From assembly GCA_009103225.1 (NCBI GenBank), contig RHPI01002533.1:1803186-1867185 (forward strand): DNA of 64,000 nt, written 5' to 3'. Positions 38,401 to 51,002 of the stretch are shown one piece after another. Numbering within the stretch: position 1 is the first letter of the stretch; every line of letters starts with the position of its first letter. The notes under the pieces are model-generated. The model saw nothing but the letters and a program-made list of their open reading frames with translations, searched no databases and had not been told where the DNA came from. Both the position numbers and the translations under genes were made by a program. Source of the stretch: Chlorokybus atmophyticus. Taxonomy: Eukaryota > Plantae > Mesostigma and Chlorokybus algae.

Positions 38401-38736
38401 GCCAGCACATAACAGAAGCAAAATAATTGAGCAAAAGCAAGAGTAATATCCGAGTCTGAGCCAGCTGGATGAGAGCTGGACAGCTAAACACTTCAAGGAC
38501 GTCATGAAGTAGGCTGCGAACCTTGGAAACACCCGCCGAGTGCATGAAACTATGTTGGAGTAACAGGGTAAGCTTCTAACAGAACACACACACCTATCAT
38601 CAAGCAAGCGAGGTGAGCAAGCACACTGTCAAGCAGCAACAATTGACATCACAACTACAATCATGATCACTATCACAGTCACAATGTTTACCTCAATCCT
38701 CTCTGTGCCGTCCCGCGTGCGCACCCTCACAAGCAT
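35478..38736 (-). CDS. NPL4: NPL4-like CDC48/p97 cofactor (UBL + MPN-like); multi-exon
   Basis: MLVRVRTRDGTERIEV, QTLSRDP...AFTDLADP...HGEMLYLAY, VSFDRNAANAFQ, VEAIYEPPQEG, RVGWIF, VHFEAFQCS, VDNDFFLVP, FPVENR, RISDLHLLLFL. Confidence 0.96.
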
Positions 38737-39652
38737 CGCTGCCTCTCCTTCCTCTCCAAGCAGCACCCGAACTCGACAAGCAATTCCAGCCCAGCCACGC
38801 ACACCAACGACCACCTCGCCAACCCCGCCGCCGCCGCCGCCAAAGCACAGAATTCTCTCGCAAACGACTTGTTTGATTTTCATAACATCTTTCTTCGGCC
38901 ACGCCATAGTCTGATATCAAGCTTTAGTATCAACGATATCGGAGGTTGTTTACCATCAAGCTTACAAAGGATGAATCGCTGAAGCCAACTGTATCGTTGA
39001 CTTGCTGTATATATCTGCATTTCAGCAGCGATATTTGCGTGAGCAGAATAGTGACGTGGCGCTGGCTGGGAAAGTGCCTGGCGGGAGTGGCGGAGACGAC
39101 GGAGGCGGCGGCCGAGGTGGAGAAGGGAGTAAAGGAGGTGGAGGTGGAGGTGGAGGTGGAGGTGGAGGTCGGGGAGGAGAGGGTGGCGTGTTTTGCTGAC
39201 TGATGGAAGTAGCCAGGGCGTGCTGGTTCCCCTCGGTTGGGGCGGCACAGGCGAGGGCGGGCAGGGCGGCGGCGGCGGCGGCGGCTTTAGGAGGCATTGA
39301 GCTGGTAGGTATCAGCGACTGTGCACTCATCGTCGTGCAGTTGCCACATGAGCATGGCTGTCAAGGTGGCGCAGGCAGATGTTGTTGTTCTTTGCTGGCC
39401 TGAAGCATGCAGTCAGCGGTGTTGTGGGTTTGTGCTTGAGCGCATGCTCGACTGGTTCTAGGAGAGTATAAGCTTGCGCATGTGTACGTGTGTGTGTACG
39501 TTACGCAGACTCACACATTGCGATCCAAAGTACGCACACAATAAACCTAGTTAAATCTGTTGCAATCACACTCCTCATTGCTTGCATAAGCCTTCACACA
39601 GCAGACAACCATTCTCTCCACACACCCTCATTCTCTCTTTCTTGTTCTGCAG

Positions 39653-40412
39653 AGAAGTAGCGGTAGCGTTTGCAGTAGCAATTGCAGTAGTCGTTGTGGT
39701 TGGCGTTCCCCCGCGCATTGCAAGGCAAAGAGGCCACATCACCACCAACACATCCCGTACGATGTGCTCATAATCACGCCGCCGCAGAAGAGCCTCGGCA
39801 CGCACCGATTGCCACAAGTGAGTGAAGAGTTGTGAATTTGCGCGAATTGCGCCCATTAACACTCCGACACATTGATGCACCCGTCTTCATTCAGTACACT
39901 CATATTATTGTGGCGTGTCTCGACTGAGAAACCACATATTGACATATGTACGCCCACATACAGGCACGCACATGCACACGCACGCGCACGCGTACAGGCC
40001 TTCACGCGCGTGGGCACGTGTATTCGAGATTCCGCGCATGCAAACACATGCCCACGCGCACACAATCTTCCCCACGCACACGCATGCATGCGCACATGCA
40101 TGCATGTGCAACTGTGTACACATTCGTGCGCATGCATGCACATGCGCGCATGAGAAGTGGCCCTCCCATTTTTGGTTTGTTCCTGGTGGAGTAAGTACCA
40201 ACAATAACAGACAATGTAACTCCCCCTCCCCGCAGAACACCCAGTGCGGTGAGACGGTTGAGGTGTTGGGCGAGCCGTACGTTGTGTCGGGCGTGTGCTA
40301 CCGTTACCGGCTTGAGAGGGGTCGCTACCGACCCTCCCACAGCCGCCTTGAAGTCCAGGGTGCATCGCGCTACATACTCAACCTGTATCTGGACCAGCTC
40401 ATGGCGAAATGA
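39653..40412 (+). CDS. Small conserved plant/cyanobacterial-type protein of unknown function (probably plastid-targeted); exons 39653-39817 and 40236-40412, first exon not fixed
   Basis: Spliced IPYDVLIITPPQKSLGTHRLPQ|NTQCGETVEVLGEPYVVSGVCYRYRLERGRYRPSHSRLEVQGASRYILNLYLDQLMAK* resembles a conserved plant family (ITPPP.LG...CGE...YQLR.GKY.....LDV...RY..N.YL), recalled from memory. Confidence 0.75.
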
Positions 40413-41388
40413 GGCAATGTGAGGTGCATTCAACATGCGCCTATATAACACGTCTACACACACCGCACGCGTCGACTAGGGTTGGTGGTAGAGGGCCGTC
40501 TAACGGTTTATGTAAATGTAATTGTATCTATGTATATGGAGAGTTGCATCTCGGTAATTGTCATCTATGCAGGTCAATGTTGTCTTGGAACTGCAACCAG
40601 CACAGACATCTGTATCAGTCTTGCGTATGTACTGTGGCAGGCAAACATCCCCACATTGATGCACATGCACTTACATCTATTTATAAACGCCTGCAAAGGG
40701 AAGACAGGTACACAGTTACTTGTATCACAGATGCTTGTCACCTAGCTTGCACCTAACCTCAGCTACAGAGTACCAGCCTGCAGAGCTATGGGGTGAGGGT
40801 GCAACATGAATTTGCTGCATATCAGCCGCAATCTTGCTAAAACTGGACCCTTCTGCACTGTTCCGCGACACTGCAGCTTGACCACATAAGTGTCTGGAAA
40901 GCGGCAGCTTGGCCTGCTTTGGCAGCTGTCTATGCTCGCGCGATCACCGTACTCTTCAACTGTTTCCAGCACCTAGTGAGAGCTAGCTAGCAGGTAACCT
41001 CCTGCTGTACAGTTACAGCCATCGCCACCGCCAATTGATTACAACGGATCCGCAATATGCCGTCATCTGCTGCCATCACCACCAGCATTGTGTCTGTGCG
41101 ATATGGTTGATAATGGTGTGCCAGGTGAGACATTGATGGATAGGAATTTCGCATACCTGTCCTGGGGCACGGGATGACTTGTGCTGTCATATGGCAGTGC
41201 TTGACGCTGGATTGCTTACTGTTTCTCATACTCCAGCCGACAAATCTAGACGAAAGACAAGAGCAACAACACCTCCTGTCTTTGCATGGCAATGCTCGGC
41301 CAACCGCTACAACATGCCAGGGTATAAACACATGTTCGGTTTGTCCATGTGCCCCCGGCATGCACAGCCAACCTTCCAGACGCTGCTG

Positions 41389-44300
41389 CTATGTTCCGCC
41401 AAGCATCTCCTCCCTCAAAACTTTGAAGCATTCCTTGTCCACAAACACGGGAATGTAGTAGGGTTGTCCCTTTGCCTGCACCTGGCACAACAAGCAAGAT
41501 GGTGCACAAGTTTGCAGCTGAAATGCAAGGAGGCGAGCATACGTGAAAGTACAATAGGCACATGTATGCCTCTTGTTACATGGACACGCACGTAGGTAGT
41601 AAACCATTGCACCTTCAAACTGCAGCGGAACAGATGGTCCCTCCACTGATCATGCTGATGTAATGCACTGTTCTCCACGCTTTTCAGCAGCTCCGAGGCC
41701 TTATGGAAAAGCTCAGGATCGACACCACCAGCCTGGACCTGGCTGTGAAGTTGCGCTTGCTGCGTGGCTGGTAGTTGGGTCTTCATTATCTCGCTCATGG
41801 TGTTGAACCTTGTGTGCAGTTCGGACAGGTTTGGCTGACCAGTGAACTTCCTTACTAGTATATCAACTAGCAGGGACAAGGTGCCAGCGGCAGCCCCTGC
41901 AATGGCAACAGGCGGCACAGGGATGCTTTGCAGCAAGCCAGCAGCTGCCCCTATAACAGAAAGGCTCGTAAGCAGTGCAGACGCCCAGGGCTTTAACTCT
42001 TGGAGCTGGTAGCCGGTGTGTCCGGCGGGCCGCTTCAGGCAATACTCGCATAGCAGATGCACAGTACACGTCTTGCCAACCGAGCCAGGCTCTTTAACGA
42101 CCTCAAAAAGACATGGACTCGGCTTGAGCTCTGATAGATTCATGTAGTCTATAAATGGCTCTGCAGAGTGCAACGTTGGGCCTTCAGCGCGCTCCCTTGG
42201 TGGCACCAACTCGCAGACCAGTACGTACTGGTTGCACGTACTGCAAAGCACAGTGGCATTCAACTTCGCAGCGTACGGCTCTAGCTGATCCACCCGCCAT
42301 GGTCTTAGGAGCGGATCCTCATGCGCGGCATGCTTTGGGTGTGGGCACAAAGCCCTGCGGAGACATGATGACCCACTGTACAGAGACAGCAACTCTGTTG
42401 CCTTCTCTAGCACGGGGCGCAACTTATCCATCACCTATACAAGGGGCACATTCCGTCACAATGCGCAATGCTCGCCACAAGCAGATTGCCAAAATACGAA
42501 CAAGAAGACTGCCAACATACGCCAAGAGTACCTGAACATCTGCTCTGGTGGTGTATGCCGTAATCTCAATGTAATGCTCTCCCGCAAAGGATGTTTCAAA
42601 AGATATAAAGAACTGGTCCACCTCCATTGTGAGGCACTTGCGGCGTGCATCTGACTCATATATTTTAGCAATACGAAGTGGACCATTCTTTTGGACCTCA
42701 CAGGCACAGGACGCAATCAAATATTCGTACAACCCCACAGGTGGCATGTGCTCCAGGAAAGTGATGCACCACCCATGCCGTGCAGCGCCATATGACCCAC
42801 TTGGCGGGTCATGCATTCCAATTGCAGAAACTTTCACCTGAAATACAACAAGTGTTCATGTCCTGAGAAGGAGGCAAAAACATACACGTGTTGCTGACAG
42901 GAACAATGCGAACTCATATGGCAAGGCTCACCTGTCCTTGCAGCACCTTCCATCTCGACGGCACAGCGAACAGCTCAGGGCTGGTACTCCATTCAAACAG
43001 CATTCCTAGCTGCTGCAGCAACACCAGTAGTGCAGGGTGAACAATCTCGGGGAATGACTTTCGCCAAAGAGCGGGCAACAGGTCGCGCCAAAGGATGCCT
43101 TCCTCCTCAAGTGCCTCTCTGTGCATTTGCACAAGCGTCGACTTCCACTCGCTGGTGTCCACCTTGCTGTTGTCGTTGCAAAGAGTGCCGAGGTCATGAT
43201 GCACAATGTACTTAAACGCCTCCACTACCAAGTATGGTTCGATGAAAATGATTGCGCCCGTCCAGTCGTCATTTTCTTGACTTCTTCGAGAAATCATGAC
43301 CTGACCCAAGTCCTCTAGAAAGTTGACAGCGTGTTGAAAGCTACTGAGAGAGTCAAACATATAGCCTGGATTGACGCCAGGTCTGACGCCTGGATCAAGG
43401 GTTTTTTTGATGGGCACAAAGCAAGGCAAGCACTGCTTCCAACCGCAATGCTTGGAGAAAGGACTGGTGCCCGGAATGAAGAATTCTAACTGCAAGTCGC
43501 TCCAGGAGTAGAAGCTCTGCTGCCCTTGAGCAGAATTGCTTGTGCTCTGCTGTCGTTGCTGCCTGAGGTGTTGAGTGCGCAGCTGTACCTCCTCCATTAG
43601 CCAGAAGTAGGATGCCGGTATCATGGTTTCCAGCTGGAATGCTGTCACGGCCTCAGACATGATGTGCTTTAACAGGCCGCCCACCCCAAAGAAGAATCCC
43701 TTCTTAACACTGACTACATGAATATCTGCAGGGCCCGCAGGAAGGCGCGGGAGTTCATCGCATAGTGCTACAACGCGCTTCTCATCAGTGCCACTGCGTT
43801 TTCTGCTTCTGAATACCTGGCGAAAACCGTCGGCAACTCGAGCAATGCTGGTTCCCACGCCCTGCACTTGCTGGTACAAGTCATTGCGCAACGTGTCTGC
43901 CAATGCTTCCATTTCTGCGGCCTGCGCAACTCTCTGATCCAGCTTTGAACCAACGATGACAAATCTTGCACCCGGCACCCTGGCGAACACCGCTTTGACC
44001 CAGAAACTTAGCTGCTCTTGGCGCTCGGCCTCACTGCGGCTGAGGTCCATGACCAGCACAAAGAGCGAGCGTCTTGTGAAGAAAAGCTGATGCATGACGT
44101 GGTAACCCTCCTGCCCTCCACAGTCCAACACATCAAAGTATGGGACTACGCCATTCCCAGTTGGCTCGGCAACTGGCAACCACCACTCTCGTGCAATTCC
44201 AACCGTGCGCAAGGCCCCTTGCTGTTACAACACATGCAGTCACCATCAGCCCAAAGTGCTCCCCACCAAGACGTCAAGCGGTAGTAGAATTGCCACTCAA

Positions 44301-46053
44301 CCCTGCTGGGGGCTGCCATAACCAGACAATGTGGGCATGCAAAACCCATTGATCTGCATCGAACCTGTTCGGGGGTGTGGTCAACTTGAACAGCCTGGCC
44401 CTCCCTCAAGGCTTTAAATAGCATTGTCTTGCCTGCTAGCGCATCACCGATAAACACCAGCTTTAGTAGCCTGCAGGGCTGCGCCGAATGTTTGAGCTCA
44501 CGTAGGTAATCCACCACCGCTTGTGCTCCGCGACAACAGACTTCCGCTGGTGGGGATCGCAGAGGATTGCCCTCGACATTCAATGTAATAAGCTTGGTAA
44601 GGTACTTCATTGACATCGGCAGCTTTGTGAGCCTGCAATTGTGCTCCTGGGTTGCTTGCATGGGTTGCTTGCAGGCAATATCTGCAAGTGTCATGCACTG
44701 CAAGCTAGCAACTTCAGAGCAACTGCGCCTTGCAGGCATGCAGGATTGGGGCAACTGACCTGTTGTCTGCCAGATTCAGCACCCGCAAATGTTCAAGCTG
44801 CCCAATTCCATCAGGTAGCTCCGTCAGTAGATTATCCCTCAGGTCAAGATGTTCCAGCTGTTCCAGCCCTGCAATCGCAGGTGGCAGGATGCTGAGCCCG
44901 GTGCCTCCCCGCTGGAGCATACTTAGCATACTATTGCTCAACTGCTGCCAAGCTAACGCGAGAAAGGTCAGTTGCTTCAGCTTGACTAGCTGAGCAGGAA
45001 ATACGGTGAAGCAGTTGCTGCTCATATCCAGGCTTTGTAGTTTGTTGAGCTGCCCAAAGTCATCAGGGATGTTGCAGAGCCTATGCCATGCATGAGTCAG
45101 AGCACTTCTGGCTGCGTTGGTCACCAAGCCACAGTGGCTTGCATGCATCATGTGCAGTGCCATGCACTGCAAGCTAGCAAACTGGTCACAACTGCACCTT
45201 GCAGCCATGCGTGGTTGGGGAACTGACCTATTGTCTGCCAATGTTAGCACCCGCAGATTTTCAAGCTGCCCAAACCCGTCAGGTAGCTCGGTCAGGTCAT
45301 TATCACTCAGGTCAAGGTGTTCCAGATGTTTCAGCATTGCTATAGCTGGTGGCAGGACGCTGAGCCGGAGAGATCCCCTCACCGACGGGGCACGTTCTTC
45401 TTGTGCAATGCAATCGGTCCGTTGCTCAGCATACTGCCAAGCAAACTCCAGCGAGGTCAGCTGTTTCAGCTGGGTGAGCTGAGCAGGAAATACAGAAAAA
45501 TTGTTGGCCGACAAAATGAGGTCTTGTAGATTGTTGAGCTGCCCAAAGTCATCAGGAAGGTAGGAGAGCATATTGAATCCAAGATCCAATCTGATGAGCG
45601 ACTGCATTTGGCTCCAGCCTTTGGAAAGGTAGTCCAGCAAATTGCCTGAGAGATCGAGCACGACCAAGGATTGCGGCACGACCAGGGTTGGAGGCTGGGG
45701 GTACAGTGAGTGGCCGCCTGAGTCTTTGGGGGCAGAAAGCTCGAGCCTGTCACGCACATTGGGCTGCAGTACACCTAAGCAAACCTAAACGCAACTGAAT
45801 TACACACAACATGCCAAAGGCACAAGCTAAGCATGCTCGCATGCACACCCGCTGCGCACCTTTTGAGCTCGTTCTCGCTGCATTTCAGTTTTTTTAACTT
45901 TGGGAGGCTGGCGATGGTGCTTGAAAGGTCCGCAATACGAGTTTTGCTCAGATCAAGCGACTGCAGGCTCTGCGCATGGCGGTGAATTTGAGAACGCACA
46001 GTAAGCAAATTCTTGCGGCTAAAGCTTAGTTCAGTCACAAGCTGTGGCTCCAT
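41389..46053 (-). CDS. ROCO protein: LRR repeats - Roc GTPase - COR - Cys/His-rich and hydrophobic C-terminal domain (TORNADO1-like architecture)
   Basis: LRR consensus LxxLxLxxNxLxxLP repeated; Roc motifs GDALAGKT (G1), RTVGI (G2), DCGGQEGY (G3), GSKLD (G4); COR-like AVNFLEDLGQV and LLQQLGML; C-terminal VHLLCE...KPW followed by a hydrophobic Gly/Ala-rich stretch. The final exon ending at TAG 41389 is inferred. Confidence 0.9.
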
Positions 46054-48592
46054 GCTGCCTCAGGTCCGCAATCGACGCCAGATTTTCAGCTGCAGTAAGG
46101 CATGCGGTGGTCAGCAACAGCGCACATTAGACCGGTTGCCACTTTATTCCAGTCACAAGTCATCTTTCAGGCACAGAACGACCAGACAGCATCACAATTG
46201 CATGGCGCCAGCTACCGCCCCTTCCCACTGCCTGCTTCCGACCTTCACCCTCACCACAATCCTTTTTCACCCCAGCGCTGCCAACCCCATGCAGATAGAC
46301 TGCGTGTGGGACGCACCTGGCATTGGCATGAAGGAGGAGAAGCTGCCTTTCACCTTTTCGGCAGCCCATGGCATCAACCACAATCAATCCGTTGACGGCA
46401 ACGGCAATGAGTGCCTCACCGCCGCCAGACCCTCCCGCCGCGGACGGGTGTGCGCAGTGTGGTTTGGTCTCAGTGGCCTCTTCGGAGCTGAACGTACACA
46501 TGTGAATGTGACAGGAACAGGTGTTGATGTGACGCAAGGTACTGCTGTGTGACCCATTTTGTGTCTTGCCAATGGGCATTCATCCACTGTTTTTGGTAAA
46601 GGTTTTTCAAGTTGACGACTGCCACTAGCACCCAGTAACACCAGCATGCATGCCATACTGCAACAAGTTAGAGCATTGGTGACCATGAGTGTAACCCCTC
46701 TTTCACGCCCTGAGCAGGTGATGGTTACCGGTAGCTTCCTTATGTTGAGCATGGCTTCAATACGAGTCAGCGCAGCATAACCAGTCCGCAGCTCAACCAG
46801 GCACGCATGCACATGCATTACACGCAAGATGACGAATAGGGTTGGTCATTGACGAAGCTTGCAAACGCAATCATCATGCTAAATGAGCAACGGTCATACC
46901 GCTTTTCCTACCCATGCACACAGGTCTAATCTAAAGTTAAGCTTGATCCAGCTGTCCATTCCTGCCACAAGCACCAGGCGCTACCACATCTCTAGCGCCT
47001 TACCGGCTAGCTTGCACCAGCAACAGAACAACTATAGCAACCACCGTCCGCATGCACAGCAAAGCCCTCCGCACCACCACGCCATGGCCACCGCCTACGC
47101 CGCCGCCACCACCGCCTCACTAAGCCTGCGAGGTGAGCGACGGCGACGTAAGGAGTCTTCAATACAGTCCTTGTAGTAGAGGAAGGTGGACGTGGACTTG
47201 GACGTGGGAGGGGGGGGGGAGGGGGACGGCTTGGAGGTGCGTAAGCATGCCACCTGGCCTGGATTTGTCGTGGGCCACGGCGGCGGCCGCGGCATTGCTT
47301 GGTTTGACGAAGAAGCCAAGCTGGTTGGTGCCAGCAGCAAGCGCTTGCAGCTGGCACCACTGGCTGCTGCAGTGCCAGCTGTAGCAGCGTTTCTGTCCGT
47401 CGGTATGTGGGCAGTGCGTCGTCCACGCATACAATGCAGTGCGGCTGAAAGCTGCCACTTTGTCTGCTGCATGCCTGCTGTGAAGCTTGGTTACGCGAGC
47501 ATCCTTGCAAGTGGCTTATGCTGTCTTGCTAATCAAGCACACAATGTTACCAGCTAGGTAGTCCGCACATGACTGGCAGCTCTCCAAAGCACAGTGCAAT
47601 GTCACCGTGACGTGATTGTTTGGTCTCTGTGAACAACCATTCTATGCAGTGCGTAGCTTGTTCTGAGCTCAAGCACTTGCAGTTGGCGCATGTGCACGGT
47701 TTGAGACCTTGTGACTGAAACAGCTGTTTCAGTCACAAGGTCTACGACAAAGATGTGGCGCATGACCCCTTATGCCTGATCCATGCAGCGTACGTGCTTA
47801 GCCGGGGGTTGATAAGACTCTATGTACTGCATGTGCCATTGTTACACCACCGACGCACGCACGCAGTGAGTTGCCACAGCGCGAGTAACTGCTTGCTGGT
47901 CGCAAATGACAGATGCTCAAGCCCTGAGAGTGTAAGCAGGTAAGATTAGGGTAAGGCAGTCCCATGTGTGAGTGCGCGCATGTGTGTATGCTTGTATGCG
48001 TGTGTGCGCGTGTGTCGGAGCGTGCGTGCATGCGTGCCTTTGAACCAGAGCGCAAAATGTTCACTACACCAACTTACCAGTATGCACTTCTAACTGGTGC
48101 ACACGCTGCTTGCGTTGGCAGATTGTGAAGCTCAACCTTTGAACTTGTCATCAAACACAACATGAAGCCGACTTGCTTCATCCAGCTTTCAGCCTGCAAT
48201 GCAGTACCCAACATACCAATGCACAACCCTAGTAAGCTGCCTATTCAAGCTTGTTGACAGCGACATTGCGAGCAACCCTCACACAAGTGGGTGTGGCAGA
48301 GCAAACAAAGACGCCGTCGCATGCACCTGTCAATAAAGCTCCCACAGCAAGAAGTATTGCACCTAGGTTGCTCAACTCTTCACACAAGTAAGCCACCTCG
48401 TACTGCACACAACTGAGCTTTGTGCTTCAGCAAGACAAACAACAGTTGATTCGCAGACAGGCACACTGCACATCTGCACTACAGCACAGATATCTACTAT
48501 GTAGGGCACTTCATGACAGTTGTGACAACGGCAGCAAGGTATGTCAGCTATGAGACAGCTGTTGTTGAGTGCAAGCAGCTAGCATTTATTAA

Positions 48593-49845
48593 ATGAAGCG
48601 CGTGTCCGTGTGCGTGTCTTTTCAGCTGCCTTCAGCAGGACAGGTGGGCCGGCCTCGCCTGCCTGCTTGGCCGGAAAGTGAGCAGCGAGTCGTGCGGCAA
48701 TTTTGGGAGGGGCTGTCTATCTCCTCGCAACAAGTGAACTCGTTGATTAGGCAAGGCAATGCCGAGTCGCTGTTCCGCAATCCCACGGAGTTGGGGCGAC
48801 ACATTTCCGAGGTATGGTGTGGCAGAGAGTCCAACCTTCTCCATCAATTACTGATGCGTGGTGTACACTCACGCATTCGTGCGCACACGCACACGTGCAG
48901 GCAGACATGTCAAGGTTGTGCGCACGCGCACGCACACATGCACACACTTTGTCTCACTATTATGAACACTTAGTCATCCACCCGTGCGTAGTCTGCTTCA
49001 AGCAGGCACATACGCACGCGCATGCACGCACATTCTAAGTCCATCAGTTACTCTCAATCATTCATAGTCTCTTTCACACAGGCACGTACGCCCGCATGCA
49101 AGCGCACGCGCACACACGAGCGCGCGCGCACACACACAGACATTTTTTCCCGCACTCGTTCACTTTGCCGCATGGCACACAGTTGCAGAAGTTGATTCCA
49201 GGCGTAAGCACGAAAAAGTTGGCCCGTCCCGGTCTGTTACGCTACTCACCAGACACGCTCACTATCAAGCTCCAAAGGCTGACAGAGCAACTGAACATTA
49301 CCGACAACGACCTCCTCGTGATGTTGCGCAAAGCTCCTCAACTGCTCAACTGCAGCCCTGAAGCAATGGCCCAGAAAGTTACTTCATGGCAAGCTTTCTT
49401 GTCGATCGATCATACACAGATGGTCCAGATGATCAAGAAATGCCCGGAGCTGCTTAGCTACAATGAAGCTTACGCACGCATGAAGCTCGACACGTTTGTG
49501 GACTCTTTTGAGTCATTCAACTTGGGAGACAAGTCTCTTGCTATGAAGGTCTTTGTATCCTTTCCATGTGTTGTTGTGGCGCTGTCGTGCGAGCGCGTGT
49601 GCAAGCGCTTCGCGCGTCTCAACAGCGAGTTCACGTGTTCGGTGCGAAAAGTGTGGCCCGTCGACACGTGGCGCCTGGTTGTAACGCGCGCGGACAGTGT
49701 GGTGGATAGGTTGTTGTACTGCCGACAGCACGACGTGAGCATGGCGGCGTCGAGAGCGTTGGGATTGTCCGCGGCACGGTGGAGAGAAATGTTTCCGGAG
49801 TTTGAGCAATGGCAACAGGAGCTTGAAGAGGCACGCCAAAGGTGA
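48593..49845 (+). CDS. mTERF-family-like organellar RNA/DNA-binding protein; a transit-peptide-like first exon may start at ATG 47084
   Basis: Repeated ~35-aa units PGLLRYSPDTLTIKL, APQLLNCSPEAMAQKV, CPELLSYNEAYARMKL and FPCVVVALSCERV fit mTERF repeats; intron about 48812-49180. Confidence 0.6.
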
Positions 49846-50661
49846 GCTTGGTTACTTGCAATCAGTTGTGTGTGTACGCGCGCTTGCGCATGTGTGTCAT
49901 TGTTTGACTGTGTGCTGTGTCAGTGCGCGTGCGCTGCCGGGTGTTGCGGTGCCAATGTGCTCAGCTGCGTATTGTGCAGGCAGCAGGTTGAGGCGAGCGC
50001 AGTTCTCGAGACATGACAGCTTTGGATTGAGCAGTTAGTGCGAATGCCTTTATGTAGTAAATATATGCAAGCATGCGCATGACAAGCTGTCTTGAGCGCA
50101 TTTGCCGGTCGCGCATGGTGTTGGCCTTGCACTGCGAGCCAACGTTTGTGGTTGGCCCAAGGCATGGATACATACGCATCCACCAGTTTTTGAATGTTGC
50201 ATCGAAGAGTGGTGCTGCATGGGACAGTGATTTGCTGCCGATTCCAAGACAGATGCTCTAAGGGCGGCTTGGCGTGGCTGGTGGATATGCCGCTGACATG
50301 CAACAGTGTGTATGCCATTGTGTGCGCGCGCGCGCGTGCGTGCGTAGCAAGGCTTTTTGGTCAGGTACCCTTGCTAGCTGGTAGCGGATGCGGCTGCTTG
50401 ACTTTCGGCTTGCTGCATGCTTTATACTAGAACTTGTTGGTGATTATGATCTCACATGTGACTGAGTTTTGTGGAATGACTTCATGAGGTCATGATGAAT
50501 GCAATGGACGTATTGAATGGCCTGAAATGTACTATTGCTACGAGCGAGAGTCTATGCCCTGTCCCGAACTCGCTTCCTTAGGCTTGAACTAAAACCCCAG
50601 TTCATTCTGTAAAGAGCCCTCACTTGATTGTTGCCATTCTCTAGCAACAATTAAGTGAGGC

Positions 50662-50696
<35 letters not shown>

Positions 50697-51002
50697 NNNN
50701 NNNNNNNNNNNNNNNNNNNNNNNNNNNNNNNNNNNNNNNNNNNNNNNNNNNNNNNNNNNNNNNNNNNNNNNNNNNNNNNNNNNNNNNNNNNNNNNNNNNN
50801 NNNNNNNNNNNNNNNNNNNNNNNNNNNNNNNNNNNNNNNNNNNNNNNNNNNNNNNNNNNNNNNNNNNNNNNNNNNNNNNNNNNNNNNNNNNNNNNNNNNN
50901 NNNNNNNNNNNNNNNNNNNNNNNNNNNNNNNNNNNNNNNNNNNNNNNNNNNNNNNNNNNNNNNNNNNNNNNNNNNNNNNNNNNNNNNNNNNNNNNNNNNN
51001 NN
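50697..51002. other. Assembly gap (N run) preceded by 33 G
   Basis: Run of N. Confidence 1.
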
